64,000 nt of DNA from a bacterium. Its GTDB lineage: Bacteria > SAR324 > XYD2-FULL-50-16 > G965216635. Shown here one piece after another: positions 26,474 to 35,810 of this stretch. A program made the position numbers and the translations under genes. Where the stretch lies: the NCBI GenBank assembly GCA_965216635.1, contig OZ244188.1, positions 352,001-416,000 on the forward strand, given 5' to 3'. Below the pieces are notes generated by a model. The model had not been told where the DNA came from, did no database searches, and saw only the letters and a list, made by a program, of their open reading frames with translations. Each line of letters starts with the position of its first letter. Positions within the stretch are counted from its first letter, which is position 1.

Positions 26474-27043
26474 CTAATTTTGTAAAAGTTGTAAAATAGT
26501 CACAACCAACCCACCAACTGCTAGCTGGACTGACACCCCCCAAAATAACAAAGTATTTTTGTTTTTTTCTGCTTCTGTTCTCATCCTTTCTATTTTTAAA
26601 TCGGTATCGCTTTTGTTTTTTGCTATAGTTTCTTTTAGGTCGCTTTTGTTTTTTGCTGCTTCTGTTCTCATCTTTTCTATTTTCAAATCGGTAGCGCTTT
26701 TGTTTTTTGCTATAGTTTCTTTTAGGTTGCTTTCGATTTTTGCTATAGTTTTTTCTAGGTCGCTTTTGCTTTCTATTATTTTTCCCTCAATTTCTTTCAG
26801 TTTTATGTCTGTATCGTTCTTGTTGTCTGAAATGATGGATTCCAATCTCCAGATATCTCCTTTGTCCGTAGGAAGAGTGGTATCCAAACCCGCTTCTGCA
26901 GCACTAGAAGCCAAAGCTTTTGGGACCAGTTCTACAAACTCTCCAATAGCAATCTCTGCGCTCTTTTTTTCTGCACCTAGTCCAATCAAAAGATCGTAGA
27001 TTTTGGTAGAAGTGAATTTTTGTGCTGTAGTTGTTCTTAACAT
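26474..27043 (-). CDS. Coiled-coil protein with C-terminal TM anchor (DUF1640/CCDC90/Bdr-like architecture)
   Basis: PTDKGDI neck, repeated LKETIAKNKS/TDLKIEKMRTE (87-bp DNA period), C-terminal hydrophobic helix. Confidence 0.7.
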   Translation of the reverse strand: MLRTTTAQKFTSTKIYDLLIGLGAEKKSAEIAIGEFVELVPKALASSAAEAGLDTTLPTDKGDIWRLESIISDNKNDTDIKLKEIEGKIIESKSDLEKTIAKIESNLKETIAKNKSATDLKIEKMRTEAAKNKSDLKETIAKNKSDTDLKIERMRTEAEKNKNTLLFWGVSVQLAVGGLVVTILQLLQN

Positions 27044-27077
27044 TTTACTTTTATAAGGTTTTTATTCTGGTTTTTTC

Positions 27078-27106
27078 ATTTTAGCAAACTATTCTAGTGA
27101 AGTCAA
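27078..27106 (-). promoter_or_regulatory. sigma70-like promoter for 26474-27043
   Basis: TTGACT-17 bp-TAAAAT. Confidence 0.55.
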
Positions 27107-27140
27107 GTCAAAAAAATAAAAAGATTATAGGGAAAAAATT

Positions 27141-27340
27141 AAAAAAATGTCCCTTGCAATTTTGTTTTTTTGGGTGTTTTTGGCGGGGACACATTTTTAC
27201 CCAAAATGGTTGCTTAGTCAACCATTTGGAGCAAAAAAAATGTCCCCTGCAATTTTGTTTTTAGTGGGTTTTGACGGGGAGGTATTTTTTTGAGGGGCAC
27301 CGAGAGTTCACTTCCTTTTTAGAGGTGATTCGGTGCTCCT
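27141..27340. repeat. Structured intergenic region: duplicated ~58-bp hairpin unit plus two further hairpins
   Basis: aaaatgtccc.tgcaattttgttttt..gggga at 27141 and 27233; ccaaaatggttg/caaccatttgg; ggggcaccga/tcggtgctcc. Confidence 0.65.
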
Positions 27341-27350
27341 ACAGAATGTC

Positions 27351-28778
27351 CTAAAAACTCAAATGGAAGGAGAGGCTGATGACGAGTGGTGCTTTGAGTT
27401 CGGCATCTGTTTCTGTGGTTGTGGTTGTCTGTGTTTCTGATCCTGCTGGAATCTGGATTTTGTTTATATATACAGTTCTGCTGCGGAATTGAGTTACTTG
27501 TATTCTCTGGTCTTTGTTATCTCTATATTTACTATACTCAAATGCTCCTCCCATGCCGACAGAGTTAACAACATACAATGTTTGGGCTAGTCCTATCGTA
27601 GCTGAATCACCGGGTTCAGAAGTCTGTGTTTCTTCAAAAGAGCGTAACACCATGGGAGTAGTAGTAATAGGAGTAGTAGTAATAGTAGGAGGAGGAGTAG
27701 CTCTACTTTTTAGAGAAACACCCGAGATATACTTCGTCAAGCCAAAATTAAGCGATAGGTTGGAGGTCAAGTTTCGCTTATAGCCGATCTGAATCGCGGG
27801 ACTTGTGGCAGAGGCGCTGGTAGAACCATTGGTAAGCTTCATACTCGCTAGACCGCCTCCTACAAAAAGACCCTTGTTTACAAAATAATCCGCCATAACT
27901 AGCGTATTGGCGAGCTCGTTATCTCCTCCCTTGCCAGTAAAGTGAGTCAAGGAGGCTCTCCATTTTTCCCACCTAAAGCCGAATTGCAGACCAATACCAG
28001 AAAGTTGATCGCTCTTGCTACTAGTGATTGTTCTTGGAGCCGCAATTACAGCAGTTGGAGTTGGTTCTGAATCGTCAGATACCCCCTTATAAGCAGAAAG
28101 AGTAATAGAGTTCCTATCGTCGGAATCATCTCCGAAAAAGTAGCTAAAACAAACAGATGTTGTTCCAGTGTTTTTTCCTGTTGAAAGATTTCCTCCAGTG
28201 TTTACAGTAGCATCACCAGAATCAAGCGAAGCTTCGGTTGGCTTTTTGCCTTCAGTAAAAGACGCAAATATAATTGCGTCTATAGTATTTTCATTATTTA
28301 CATCATTTATTGCGCCACTTTCACAGTTTGCTGATAGTAAAGCATACACTGCAAGCCTTGTAGGACCTGTTAGATTTGGATTTTCTAGATCACCATCATC
28401 CCAATAAGGATTCCCACCGGTTGTGACTATAGAAGTTGCGTCTGAAGAGCCAGTGATTCTATAGCCTGTTATAACGTTTCCTGTGGTTGTGCTATTTGTG
28501 GTGACCTTTTTTGTGGTATCTACTTTAAAACCATTTAGATAGACAAAACCAGCAAAAAATCCCTGTTTTGTGCTAGCGCTGCTCTGTGCTTGCAGATTAC
28601 CTACAAATAGCAAACTCAACAAAACCGCACCTAGCAATAACGCCCCACGAAAACTCGCCCGTTGAAAACCAGCCCATTGAAAACCAGCCCATTGATTAGC
28701 CCATTGGTTAGACTGAGCTACTTTTGTCTTATAATTTTTAAGAGGCGTTTTTAACGTTCTTTTTGATAATCCGTTCAT
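27351..28778 (-). CDS. Probable outer-membrane beta-barrel protein with Thr-rich insertions
   Basis: Internal signal-like segment ending NLQA, amphipathic strands, C-terminal SLSFHLSF; 15-bp repeats near 5' end; start uncertain. Confidence 0.65.
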   Translation of the reverse strand: MNGLSKRTLKTPLKNYKTKVAQSNQWANQWAGFQWAGFQRASFRGALLLGAVLLSLLFVGNLQAQSSASTKQGFFAGFVYLNGFKVDTTKKVTTNSTTTGNVITGYRITGSSDATSIVTTGGNPYWDDGDLENPNLTGPTRLAVYALLSANCESGAINDVNNENTIDAIIFASFTEGKKPTEASLDSGDATVNTGGNLSTGKNTGTTSVCFSYFFGDDSDDRNSITLSAYKGVSDDSEPTPTAVIAAPRTITSSKSDQLSGIGLQFGFRWEKWRASLTHFTGKGGDNELANTLVMADYFVNKGLFVGGGLASMKLTNGSTSASATSPAIQIGYKRNLTSNLSLNFGLTKYISGVSLKSRATPPPTITTTPITTTPMVLRSFEETQTSEPGDSATIGLAQTLYVVNSVGMGGAFEYSKYRDNKDQRIQVTQFRSRTVYINKIQIPAGSETQTTTTTETDAELKAPLVISLSFHLSF

Positions 28779-28885
28779 AGTTTATGTCAATTTTAGGTTA
28801 ATGAAATGAAATCAAATAAAATATGGCATAAAAAAAATAAAAAAGCAAATAAAAAAAAGATAAATTTGTAGTTTTTTTTATTTTA

Positions 28886-28913
28886 TTGCTATTTTTTAAA
28901 AAAAAAGTATACT
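28886..28913 (+). promoter_or_regulatory. Probable tRNA-Asn promoter
   Basis: TTGCTA-16 bp-TATACT. Confidence 0.5.
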
Positions 28914-28965
28914 TATTTGGAGTAGGACTTGTGATGTTTTATTTACAGGTCTTAGTTTTATAGTT

Positions 28966-29038
28966 TCCCCGATAGCTCAGTTGGTAGAGCGAGTGGCTGT
29001 TAACCACTATGTCGCAAGTTCAAGTCTTGCTCGGGGAG
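28966..29038 (+). tRNA. tRNA-Asn (GTT)
   Basis: Cloverleaf: tccccga/tcgggga acceptor, agtgg ctGTTaa ccact anticodon arm, gttcaa T-loop; CCA not encoded. Confidence 0.95.
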
Positions 29039-29054
29039 CCTTTTTAAAATGAAA

Positions 29055-29132
29055 TAGACCTTTTAAATTTGCGCTATGTGACGGCTAGGCTAAACAGCTG
29101 GTTTTGTCCTATTTGGCAAATTCAAAAGTCTA
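29055..29132. mobile_element. Short MITE-like element, 78 bp
   Basis: tagaccttttaaatttgc ... gcaaattcaaaagtcta; shares the cagctggttttgtcctatttggc module; no clear TSD. Confidence 0.8.
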
Positions 29133-29161
29133 TAACTTTATTTATCAACTAATATAGATAG

Positions 29162-30883
29162 ATGCAAAAAATAACACCTAGTGAAGCACTAGTAGAAACC
29201 CTGCGAAACCACGATGTAAAGTATGTTTTTGGTATTGTGGGCTCTGCTTATATGGATGCTTTAGATATTTTTGAGGGAGCTGGAATTAAGTTTATTCCAG
29301 TAGCCCACGAACAAGGAGCCGCTCACATGGCGGATGGTTATGCTAGAATTAGTCATAAACACGGGGTTTGTATTGCTCAAAACGGACCTGGTATTACTAA
29401 TTTTGTGACCGCTATTGCAGCGGCTTATTGGGCTCATTCTCCAGTAGTGATGATTACTCCAGAAACGGGCAGTAAAGGTATAGGTTTAGGGGGTTTTCAA
29501 GAAACCAGTCAAATGCCTATTTTTTCTGAGATCACGACTTATCAGACTCATATTAACCGCCCTGATAGAATTGCTGAGTTGACGCACCGCGCTTTTACTT
29601 TGGCTAAGTTTGAAAGGGGACCTGTGCAGATAAATATTCCTCGTGACTATTTTTATGGTGAAATTGAAACTGAATTGCGCAAACCTCAAGAAATTGAAAT
29701 GGGCTTTGGTGGTGTGGAAAGTATTCAAAAAGCGGTAGAGATTATAAAACAAGCAAAAAATCCAGTAATTATTTCTGGAGGCGGGGTAGGGATGTCTGGC
29801 GGTGTAGCAGAAATTAAGGCTTTGGCTGAATTTTTAGCGGCGCCTGTGGTTACTTCTTACCTACACAACGATTGTTTTCCTTGCGACCATCCTTTGATGT
29901 GTGGTTCTCTGGGTTATTACGGCTCTATGGCGGGAATGAAAATGATCAGCCAAGCGGACGTGGTTTTGGCTATGGGAAGTAGGATGGGTCCTTTTGGAAC
30001 TTTACCTCAGTATGGTTTTGATTATTGGCCCAAAAATGCCAAAACAATCCAAGTAGATAGCAATCACAGAGTTTTGGGTTTGGTTAGAGAAGTGGAAGTT
30101 GGTATTTTAGGGGATGTGAAGCTTGCTGCGAAAGAAATGCTTTCTCGCCTAAAAGAAGGAGAGCAAGTAGCTTGTATGTCCAATAAAGAAGAAAGAATGA
30201 AGCAGATGAATCTCTCCAAAGTAGATTGGGAAGCTCAATTAAACAAGGAATCTATGGTAGATGATGCTCCTATGGCTCCTAAAAGGGCTTTGCGAGAATT
30301 GGAATCTGCTATGCCTGAGAATGCTATGGTATCTACTGATATTGGTAATATTTGCTCCATTTCTAATTCTTATTTGAGGTTTAAAAAACCAGATAGCTTT
30401 TTAGCGGCTATGAGCTTTGGAAATTGCGGTTATGCTTTTCCAGTAGCTATGGGAGCAAAAATGGCGGCTCCTGATAGACCAGCTATTGCCTATGTAGGCG
30501 ACGGGGCTTGGGGAATTAGTCTTAATGAGACTATTACTTGCGTCAGACAAAATATTCCAGTAGTGGTTTGTTTGTTTAACAACAAACAATGGGGAGCAGA
30601 AAAGAAAAATCAAATTGATTATTATGGGGATAGGTTTGTGGGTAGTAACTTGGAAAACCCTGATTTTGCACAAATAGCCAAAGCCGCTGGAGCTAATGGA
30701 ATTACGGTAGATGCTCCAGACCAAGTAGGGGATGCTTTGAAAAGTGCTATCGCATCGCAAAAACCTACAGTTTTACAAATTATGGTAAATCGTGAGTTAG
30801 GTGAGCCTTTCCGTAGAGATGCTTTGAAAAAACCTGTTCGTTATTTAGATAGGTATAAGAAATATGTTCACCACTCTAAGTAG
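29162..30883 (+). CDS. xsc: Sulfoacetaldehyde acetyltransferase
   Basis: TPSEALVETL, GIVGSAYMDALD, AQNGPGITNFVT, AAYWAHSPVV, WGAEKKNQ, EPFRRDALKKP. Confidence 0.95.
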   Translation: MQKITPSEALVETLRNHDVKYVFGIVGSAYMDALDIFEGAGIKFIPVAHEQGAAHMADGYARISHKHGVCIAQNGPGITNFVTAIAAAYWAHSPVVMITPETGSKGIGLGGFQETSQMPIFSEITTYQTHINRPDRIAELTHRAFTLAKFERGPVQINIPRDYFYGEIETELRKPQEIEMGFGGVESIQKAVEIIKQAKNPVIISGGGVGMSGGVAEIKALAEFLAAPVVTSYLHNDCFPCDHPLMCGSLGYYGSMAGMKMISQADVVLAMGSRMGPFGTLPQYGFDYWPKNAKTIQVDSNHRVLGLVREVEVGILGDVKLAAKEMLSRLKEGEQVACMSNKEERMKQMNLSKVDWEAQLNKESMVDDAPMAPKRALRELESAMPENAMVSTDIGNICSISNSYLRFKKPDSFLAAMSFGNCGYAFPVAMGAKMAAPDRPAIAYVGDGAWGISLNETITCVRQNIPVVVCLFNNKQWGAEKKNQIDYYGDRFVGSNLENPDFAQIAKAAGANGITVDAPDQVGDALKSAIASQKPTVLQIMVNRELGEPFRRDALKKPVRYLDRYKKYVHHSK

Positions 30884-31093
30884 TGGTGGATTTTATTTGT
30901 GAATTAGTATAAATTAGGTTTAAATTGAGAAGCGAATATAAAATTTTGCTATTTGGTAGATTTTATTTGTGAATTAGTATAAATTAGGTTTAAATTGAGA
31001 AGCGAATATAAAATTTTGCTATTTGGTGGATTTTATTTGTGAATTAGTATAAATTAGGTTTAAATTGAGAAGCGAATATAAAATTTTGCTATT
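30884..31093. repeat. 70-bp tandem repeat x3
   Basis: tggtggattttatttgtgaattagtataaattagg...ttttgctatt repeated at period 70. Confidence 0.95.
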
Positions 31094-31125
31094 TTTAATA
31101 TAAAATGCTTGTTTTTTTTTAAAGA

Positions 31126-31186
31126 ACAGTGTAATTTTTTATTAGACAGTGTAATTTTTTATTAGACGGTGTGATTTTTTATTAGA
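31126..31186. repeat. 20-bp tandem repeat x3
   Basis: acagtgtaattttttattag units. Confidence 0.9.
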
Positions 31187-31212
31187 ATTTTAACAAAACA
31201 ATTATAGACACA

Positions 31213-32502
31213 ATGAAACAATTAGAAAATTTTTGGATGCCCTTCACTGCCAATAAAGACTTTAAAGATAATCCTCGTATTTTTACTAAAGCAGAAGGAG
31301 TTTATCTTTGGAGCGAAGATGACCGTAAAATCATAGACGCCTCATCGGGTTTGTTTTGTGTAGCTTTAGGACACTGCCGCCGTGAAATCACAGATGCTGT
31401 GGCCGAGCAAATGAATACGCTAGACTACGCCGCTCCTTTTAATTCAGCTCACACCAGATCTTTTGAGTTGGCTGAAAAATTAACTGCTAAATTACCGAGT
31501 GATATTAATTCTGTGTTTTTTTCTAATTCTGGTTCTGGAGCTATAGATACTGCAATTAAACTAGCAACAGCTTATCATAGAGCTAATGGAGAATCTAGTA
31601 GAACCCATTTAGTTAGCCGTCATAGAGCCTACCACGGCATCAATATTGGAGGAACTTCTTTAGCTGGAATTACAAAAAACAGAGAAGCTTTCTCTGGAAT
31701 CACTATTCCTGTTTCTTTTTTGTCTCAAACTTGGACTGGAAAAGAGCTATTCAAAAAAGGATTGCCAGAAACTGGAGCAGAAACTGCTTATGAGCTAGAA
31801 AAAATTGTAAATATTATTGGAGCGAAAAATATTTCTGCAGTTTTTGTAGAACCAGTCGCTGGCTCTACTGGAGTATTAATACCTCCTAAAGGTTATCTTA
31901 AAATTTTAAGAGAAATTTGTGATAAATATGGTATTTTACTAGTTTTTGATGAAGTGATTACGGGGTTTTATAGGATTGGGAAAATGTTTGCTTCAGAAAC
32001 TTTTGATGTTGTACCCGATATTATGACTATGGCAAAGGCTCTGACTAATGCTGCTATTCCTATGGGTGCTACAGCTTGTAGACAGGGAATTTACGACAAA
32101 ATCATTGAAAAAGGTGGGGGGGCTATTGAATTTTTTCACGGTTATACCTATTCTGGACATCCTGCTGCTTGTGCTGCGGCTATAAAAGTTTTAGAATTGT
32201 TTGAAGAAGACAATGTTTCGGCTAATGTAGAATCTCTTTCTCCTTATTTTGAAGAGAAAATGCACGATTTAAAAGATTTGCCTAATATCAAAGATGTTCG
32301 TGTGATTGGTATGCTGGCTGGTTTAGAGTTTAATCCAGTAGGTAAACCGGGTGCATTTGGTATGGAAGGAACGAAAAAATTATTTCAAGCGGGATTGCAC
32401 GCAAAATTTACGGGAGATACAGTTACAATAGCTCCTCCGCTTGTCTCCAAGAAAGAGCATATAGATGAAATCTGTGATGTTTTTCGCTCTGCATTAGGTT
32501 GA
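31213..32502 (+). CDS. Class III (omega-amino acid:pyruvate) aminotransferase, probably acting on taurine here
   Basis: FWMPFTAN, VEPVAGSTG, FDEVITGF, TMAKALTN, HGYTYSGHP; lies between xsc and tauB. Confidence 0.85.
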   Translation: MKQLENFWMPFTANKDFKDNPRIFTKAEGVYLWSEDDRKIIDASSGLFCVALGHCRREITDAVAEQMNTLDYAAPFNSAHTRSFELAEKLTAKLPSDINSVFFSNSGSGAIDTAIKLATAYHRANGESSRTHLVSRHRAYHGINIGGTSLAGITKNREAFSGITIPVSFLSQTWTGKELFKKGLPETGAETAYELEKIVNIIGAKNISAVFVEPVAGSTGVLIPPKGYLKILREICDKYGILLVFDEVITGFYRIGKMFASETFDVVPDIMTMAKALTNAAIPMGATACRQGIYDKIIEKGGGAIEFFHGYTYSGHPAACAAAIKVLELFEEDNVSANVESLSPYFEEKMHDLKDLPNIKDVRVIGMLAGLEFNPVGKPGAFGMEGTKKLFQAGLHAKFTGDTVTIAPPLVSKKEHIDEICDVFRSALG

Positions 32503-32522
32503 TGACTTTTTAGTGAAATTAT

Positions 32523-32572
32523 TGTTTTTTAGACGATGATCTTGTTTTTTAGACGATAATCTCGTTTTTTAT
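32523..32572. repeat. Imperfect 20-bp tandem repeat x2.5
   Basis: gttttttagacgat.atct units. Confidence 0.75.
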
Positions 32573-32600
32573 AATACTAACTTAGTAAAAGAGGTAAAAA

Positions 32601-33446
32601 TTGAAATTAGAAATTAAAGACGCCAGTGTTGTTTTTCCTACAAAAGCAGACGGTAGTGTTCACGCTTTAAAAAGTGTGAATTTAACCATGAAAGATAATG
32701 AATTTGTGGTGGCTATTGGGGAATCTGGTTGTGGTAAGACAACGTTGCTTAATCTTATAGCTGGTTTTATTAAACCTACTTCAGGGAATTTGTTTTTGGA
32801 TGATGAGGAAATTGTCCGTCCCGATTCGGATAGGGGAGTTGTTTTTCAAAAACACGCTCTTATGCCATGGTTGAATGTAGTGGAGAATGCTACTTTTGGG
32901 TTAAAACTTAATAAAGGAAAGAGCTCACTCCTACCTTGGATGAATGTAGTAGATAACACTACTTTAGGTATGAAAATGAAAAAGAGTGTTTCTGATGAAG
33001 AAAGAATAAAAATAGGTTTAGAAAAACTAGCCCTTGTAGGCTTGCAAGACTTCGCCTATAAGAAAATTTATGAGCTTTCTGGGGGAATGCAACAAAGGGT
33101 AGGAATCGCAAGGGCTGTTTGTTCGGATCCGAAAATTTTGCTGATGGATGAGCCATTAGGAGCATTGGATCAATTCACAAGAGAAAGTGTTCAAGAGCTG
33201 ATTCTACAGGTTTGGAAAAAAACACAAAAACTTGTATTCTTCATAACGCATAGCATAGAAGAAGCTATTTTTATGGCTACAAGGCTTTTGGTTCTCTCTC
33301 CGAGACCTGGTAGAATAGTGGAAGAATTGAAGATGGATTTTTGCCATCGCTATTTGGAATGTAAAGACGCTCGTAAAGTAAAATCTTCTACGGATTTTAT
33401 TGAAATGAGAGAAAAAATATTACAATTAATTATGAAAACGAGGTAA
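32601..33446 (+). CDS. tauB: Taurine ABC transporter ATP-binding subunit
   Basis: GESGCGKTT, LSGGMQQR, LLMDEP, HSIEEA; internal 23-aa duplication. Confidence 0.88.
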   Translation: MKLEIKDASVVFPTKADGSVHALKSVNLTMKDNEFVVAIGESGCGKTTLLNLIAGFIKPTSGNLFLDDEEIVRPDSDRGVVFQKHALMPWLNVVENATFGLKLNKGKSSLLPWMNVVDNTTLGMKMKKSVSDEERIKIGLEKLALVGLQDFAYKKIYELSGGMQQRVGIARAVCSDPKILLMDEPLGALDQFTRESVQELILQVWKKTQKLVFFITHSIEEAIFMATRLLVLSPRPGRIVEELKMDFCHRYLECKDARKVKSSTDFIEMREKILQLIMKTR

Positions 33447-33448
33447 TC

Positions 33449-34273
33449 ATGGGTATATTTAAAAGAAAAAGTAAGATAGTTTCCTCTTATGGGGTACCTG
33501 GGGATGGAGATAGTCTGTTTTTGAATATTGCGATTGTTGTTGTTTTGTTGACTCTTTGGGAAGTAGTTACATCTACGGGATTCATCAAACCACTTTTTTT
33601 GCCAGCTCCTGAAACGATCTTCTATAAGTTTATAGATCTAACTTTTCGTGGAGAAGAATACGCAGAAGGAACGATTATTACTCATACTTTGATAAGTCTT
33701 TATAGAGTAGGAGTAGCCCTTTTCTTTGGGTTGATACTGGGAATTCCTACAGGACTTATGATGGGGGTTAACCGTTATTTTAGAGGAGTTTGGGATCCAC
33801 CGATAGAATTTTATCGAGCTATTCCACCTTTGGCTTATATACCTTTAACTGTGCTTTGGTTCGGAATTGAAGATTTTCAAAAAATTCTAGTGATTTTTTT
33901 GGCGGTTTTCGCTCCTCTAGTGATCAATACAAAGGCTGGGGTGAAATCTGTTTCTATAGAGCAAATTCACGCTGCTTATAGTATGGGGGCTACAAAATTT
34001 CAAGTATTGACTCAAGTGATTTTTAAAGGAGCTATGCCAGAAATCATTACAGGGGTTAGAATTGCAATCGGTTTTGGTTGGACAACCTTGGTGGCTGCAG
34101 AACTGGTAGCAGCAAGAACAGGTTTAGGGCAGATGATTCTTAGTGCGTCCGATTTTTTAGCAACCGATGTGGTTATTGTAGGTATTGTAGTGATTGGAAT
34201 CATTGCCTATGGATTAGATATTTTAATAAGACATTTAGAAAAAGTTTTAGTGCCCTGGAGAGGTAGGGTCTAA
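33449..34273 (+). CDS. tauC: Taurine ABC transporter permease
   Basis: PLFLPAP, IPPLAYIPL..WFGI, GWTTLVAAELVAA, LVPWRG. Confidence 0.9.
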   Translation: MGIFKRKSKIVSSYGVPGDGDSLFLNIAIVVVLLTLWEVVTSTGFIKPLFLPAPETIFYKFIDLTFRGEEYAEGTIITHTLISLYRVGVALFFGLILGIPTGLMMGVNRYFRGVWDPPIEFYRAIPPLAYIPLTVLWFGIEDFQKILVIFLAVFAPLVINTKAGVKSVSIEQIHAAYSMGATKFQVLTQVIFKGAMPEIITGVRIAIGFGWTTLVAAELVAARTGLGQMILSASDFLATDVVIVGIVVIGIIAYGLDILIRHLEKVLVPWRGRV

Positions 34274-34335
34274 AATAAATCTTGAATTTGTATTTTTTTT
34301 GGTATAGTTCAAGGTAGTAGTTGTTTTGCATAAGA

Positions 34336-34587
34336 TAGACTTTTGAATTTACATTCTGTTTAGCCTATGCAGCGTTGAAAAAAATTTTTAACTCTTGAAA
34401 TACTTTTCTTTTGCTATCTATTTCATAAGGGTTATAGTAAAAGAGCCACGGGCTCTTTTACATTTCTTTTTGGGATTATGCAAGTTTTGTAGTGCCTGGT
34501 CCCGTTATTGTGGCACTACGATATTCCACGAGCTAAAAATTTTTTTCGCCTTGCCTAGCCGTCACATAATGCAAATTCAAAGGTCTA
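34336..34587. mobile_element. Palindromic MITE-like element, long form, 252 bp
   Basis: tagacttttgaattt ... aaattcaaaggtcta; TSD TAAGA on both sides. Confidence 0.9.
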
Positions 34588-34666
34588 TAAGAACAACTTT
34601 TTAATTAGATTGGTTTTTTTATTTTTAAAAAACCAATCATCATTTTAATCTTTCAATTTCAAAATT

Positions 34667-35668
34667 ATGAGAAAATGGTTAATACAAAGTCTGTTTATTA
34701 CAACAGCTTTGGTTATAGGTACTGGAAGTGCTTTGGCAGAAAAAGTATCTTTGGGTTATCAACCTATTGTTGGTCCCCTTTTAAATGTTATAGCTGAAAA
34801 AAAGCTTGAAAAAGCTACTGGCTACAAAATTAAATGGGTCAAATCTCCATCAGGAGGAGATGCTATTAGAACACTAGCTTCAGGTTCTGTAAAAATTGCT
34901 GTAGCTGGTTCTAGTCCTGCAGCTGCTGGTATTAGTAGAGGGTTAGACATTGAGTTGTTTTACATCCTAGATGATATTGGAGCCGCAGAAGCATTAGTTG
35001 CTAGAAATGGTTCTGGTGTAAATAGCGTTAAGGATTTGGTAGGAAAGAAAGTAGGAGTGCCTTTTGTCTCTACTACTCATTTCCATCTTTTGTTCGCTTT
35101 AGAACTAAACAGAGTAAATCCTAAAGATGTGGAAATCTTAAACATTCAGCCCCCAGCGATTGCTGCTGCTTGGGCAAGGGGTGATATAGATGCCGCTTTT
35201 GTTTGGGATCCAGCTTTGGGTACAATTCAGAAAACTGGAAAAACATTAGTTACTTCTGGTGAATTGAGTGCTAAAGGTAAGGCTACTTTTGATGGTATTT
35301 TAGTGAATAAAAGCTGGGGAGCGAATAATAAAGACTTCGTGGTTGCTTTCATTAAAGTATTAGATGCGGAAAATAAAGCTTATTTGGCTAACCCTAGTGC
35401 TTGGTCTGCAGAGTCTAAAGTAGCAAAAAATATAGCTAGATTATCTGGTGCTAAGCCATCAGAGGTTCCAGTAGTGTTAAAAAAGCTTCGTTTCTTAACC
35501 GTAAAAGAGCAACTCTCTAAAAAATGGTTAGGTGGAGGTAAAAGAGGTGGTGTTGCGAAAGCATTACTTGAAACTTCTAAATTCTTGAAAAAAGAAGGAA
35601 AGATTGATGCAGTATTGTCTGATTATGGTAAAACTGTAAATAGGAATTACGCTAAAGCAGCGAAATAA
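34667..35668 (+). CDS. tauA: Taurine ABC transporter substrate-binding protein
   Basis: Signal peptide; GSSP, IGAAEALV, PFVSTTHF, AAWARGDIDAAFVWDP. Confidence 0.9.
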   Translation: MRKWLIQSLFITTALVIGTGSALAEKVSLGYQPIVGPLLNVIAEKKLEKATGYKIKWVKSPSGGDAIRTLASGSVKIAVAGSSPAAAGISRGLDIELFYILDDIGAAEALVARNGSGVNSVKDLVGKKVGVPFVSTTHFHLLFALELNRVNPKDVEILNIQPPAIAAAWARGDIDAAFVWDPALGTIQKTGKTLVTSGELSAKGKATFDGILVNKSWGANNKDFVVAFIKVLDAENKAYLANPSAWSAESKVAKNIARLSGAKPSEVPVVLKKLRFLTVKEQLSKKWLGGGKRGGVAKALLETSKFLKKEGKIDAVLSDYGKTVNRNYAKAAK

Positions 35669-35678
35669 TACTTTTAAG

Positions 35679-35732
35679 GGGACTTTTGAATTTAGTGGAC
35701 GAGGGTAATAGGTTCAATAATTCAAAAGTTTC
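35679..35732. mobile_element. Minimal MITE-like element, 54 bp
   Basis: gggacttttgaatt ... aattcaaaagtttc; flanks TTAAG/TTTAG. Confidence 0.65.
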
Positions 35733-35759
35733 TTTAGCTTTCTAATTTTTTCTTTAAGG

Positions 35760-35794
35760 AGGCTATATCTTTAGAAAGATATAGCCTTTTTTTT
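35760..35794 (+). terminator. Intrinsic terminator after tauA
   Basis: aggctatatct/agatatagcct stem followed by a T-run. Confidence 0.75.
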
Positions 35795-35810
35795 ATACCT
35801 TTTTAAGTCA

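Noticed and set aside
26559..26999. Antisense ORFs here and at 9468, 27514, 44213, 58481 and similar
   Set aside because: Shadow frames opposite well-supported genes, with no motifs
30884..31186. CRISPR array
   Set aside because: Units are contiguous with no unique spacers, and no cas genes are in the window
28966..35668. tRNA-anchored integrative island carrying the taurine genes
   Set aside because: No integrase and no duplicated tRNA 3' end found
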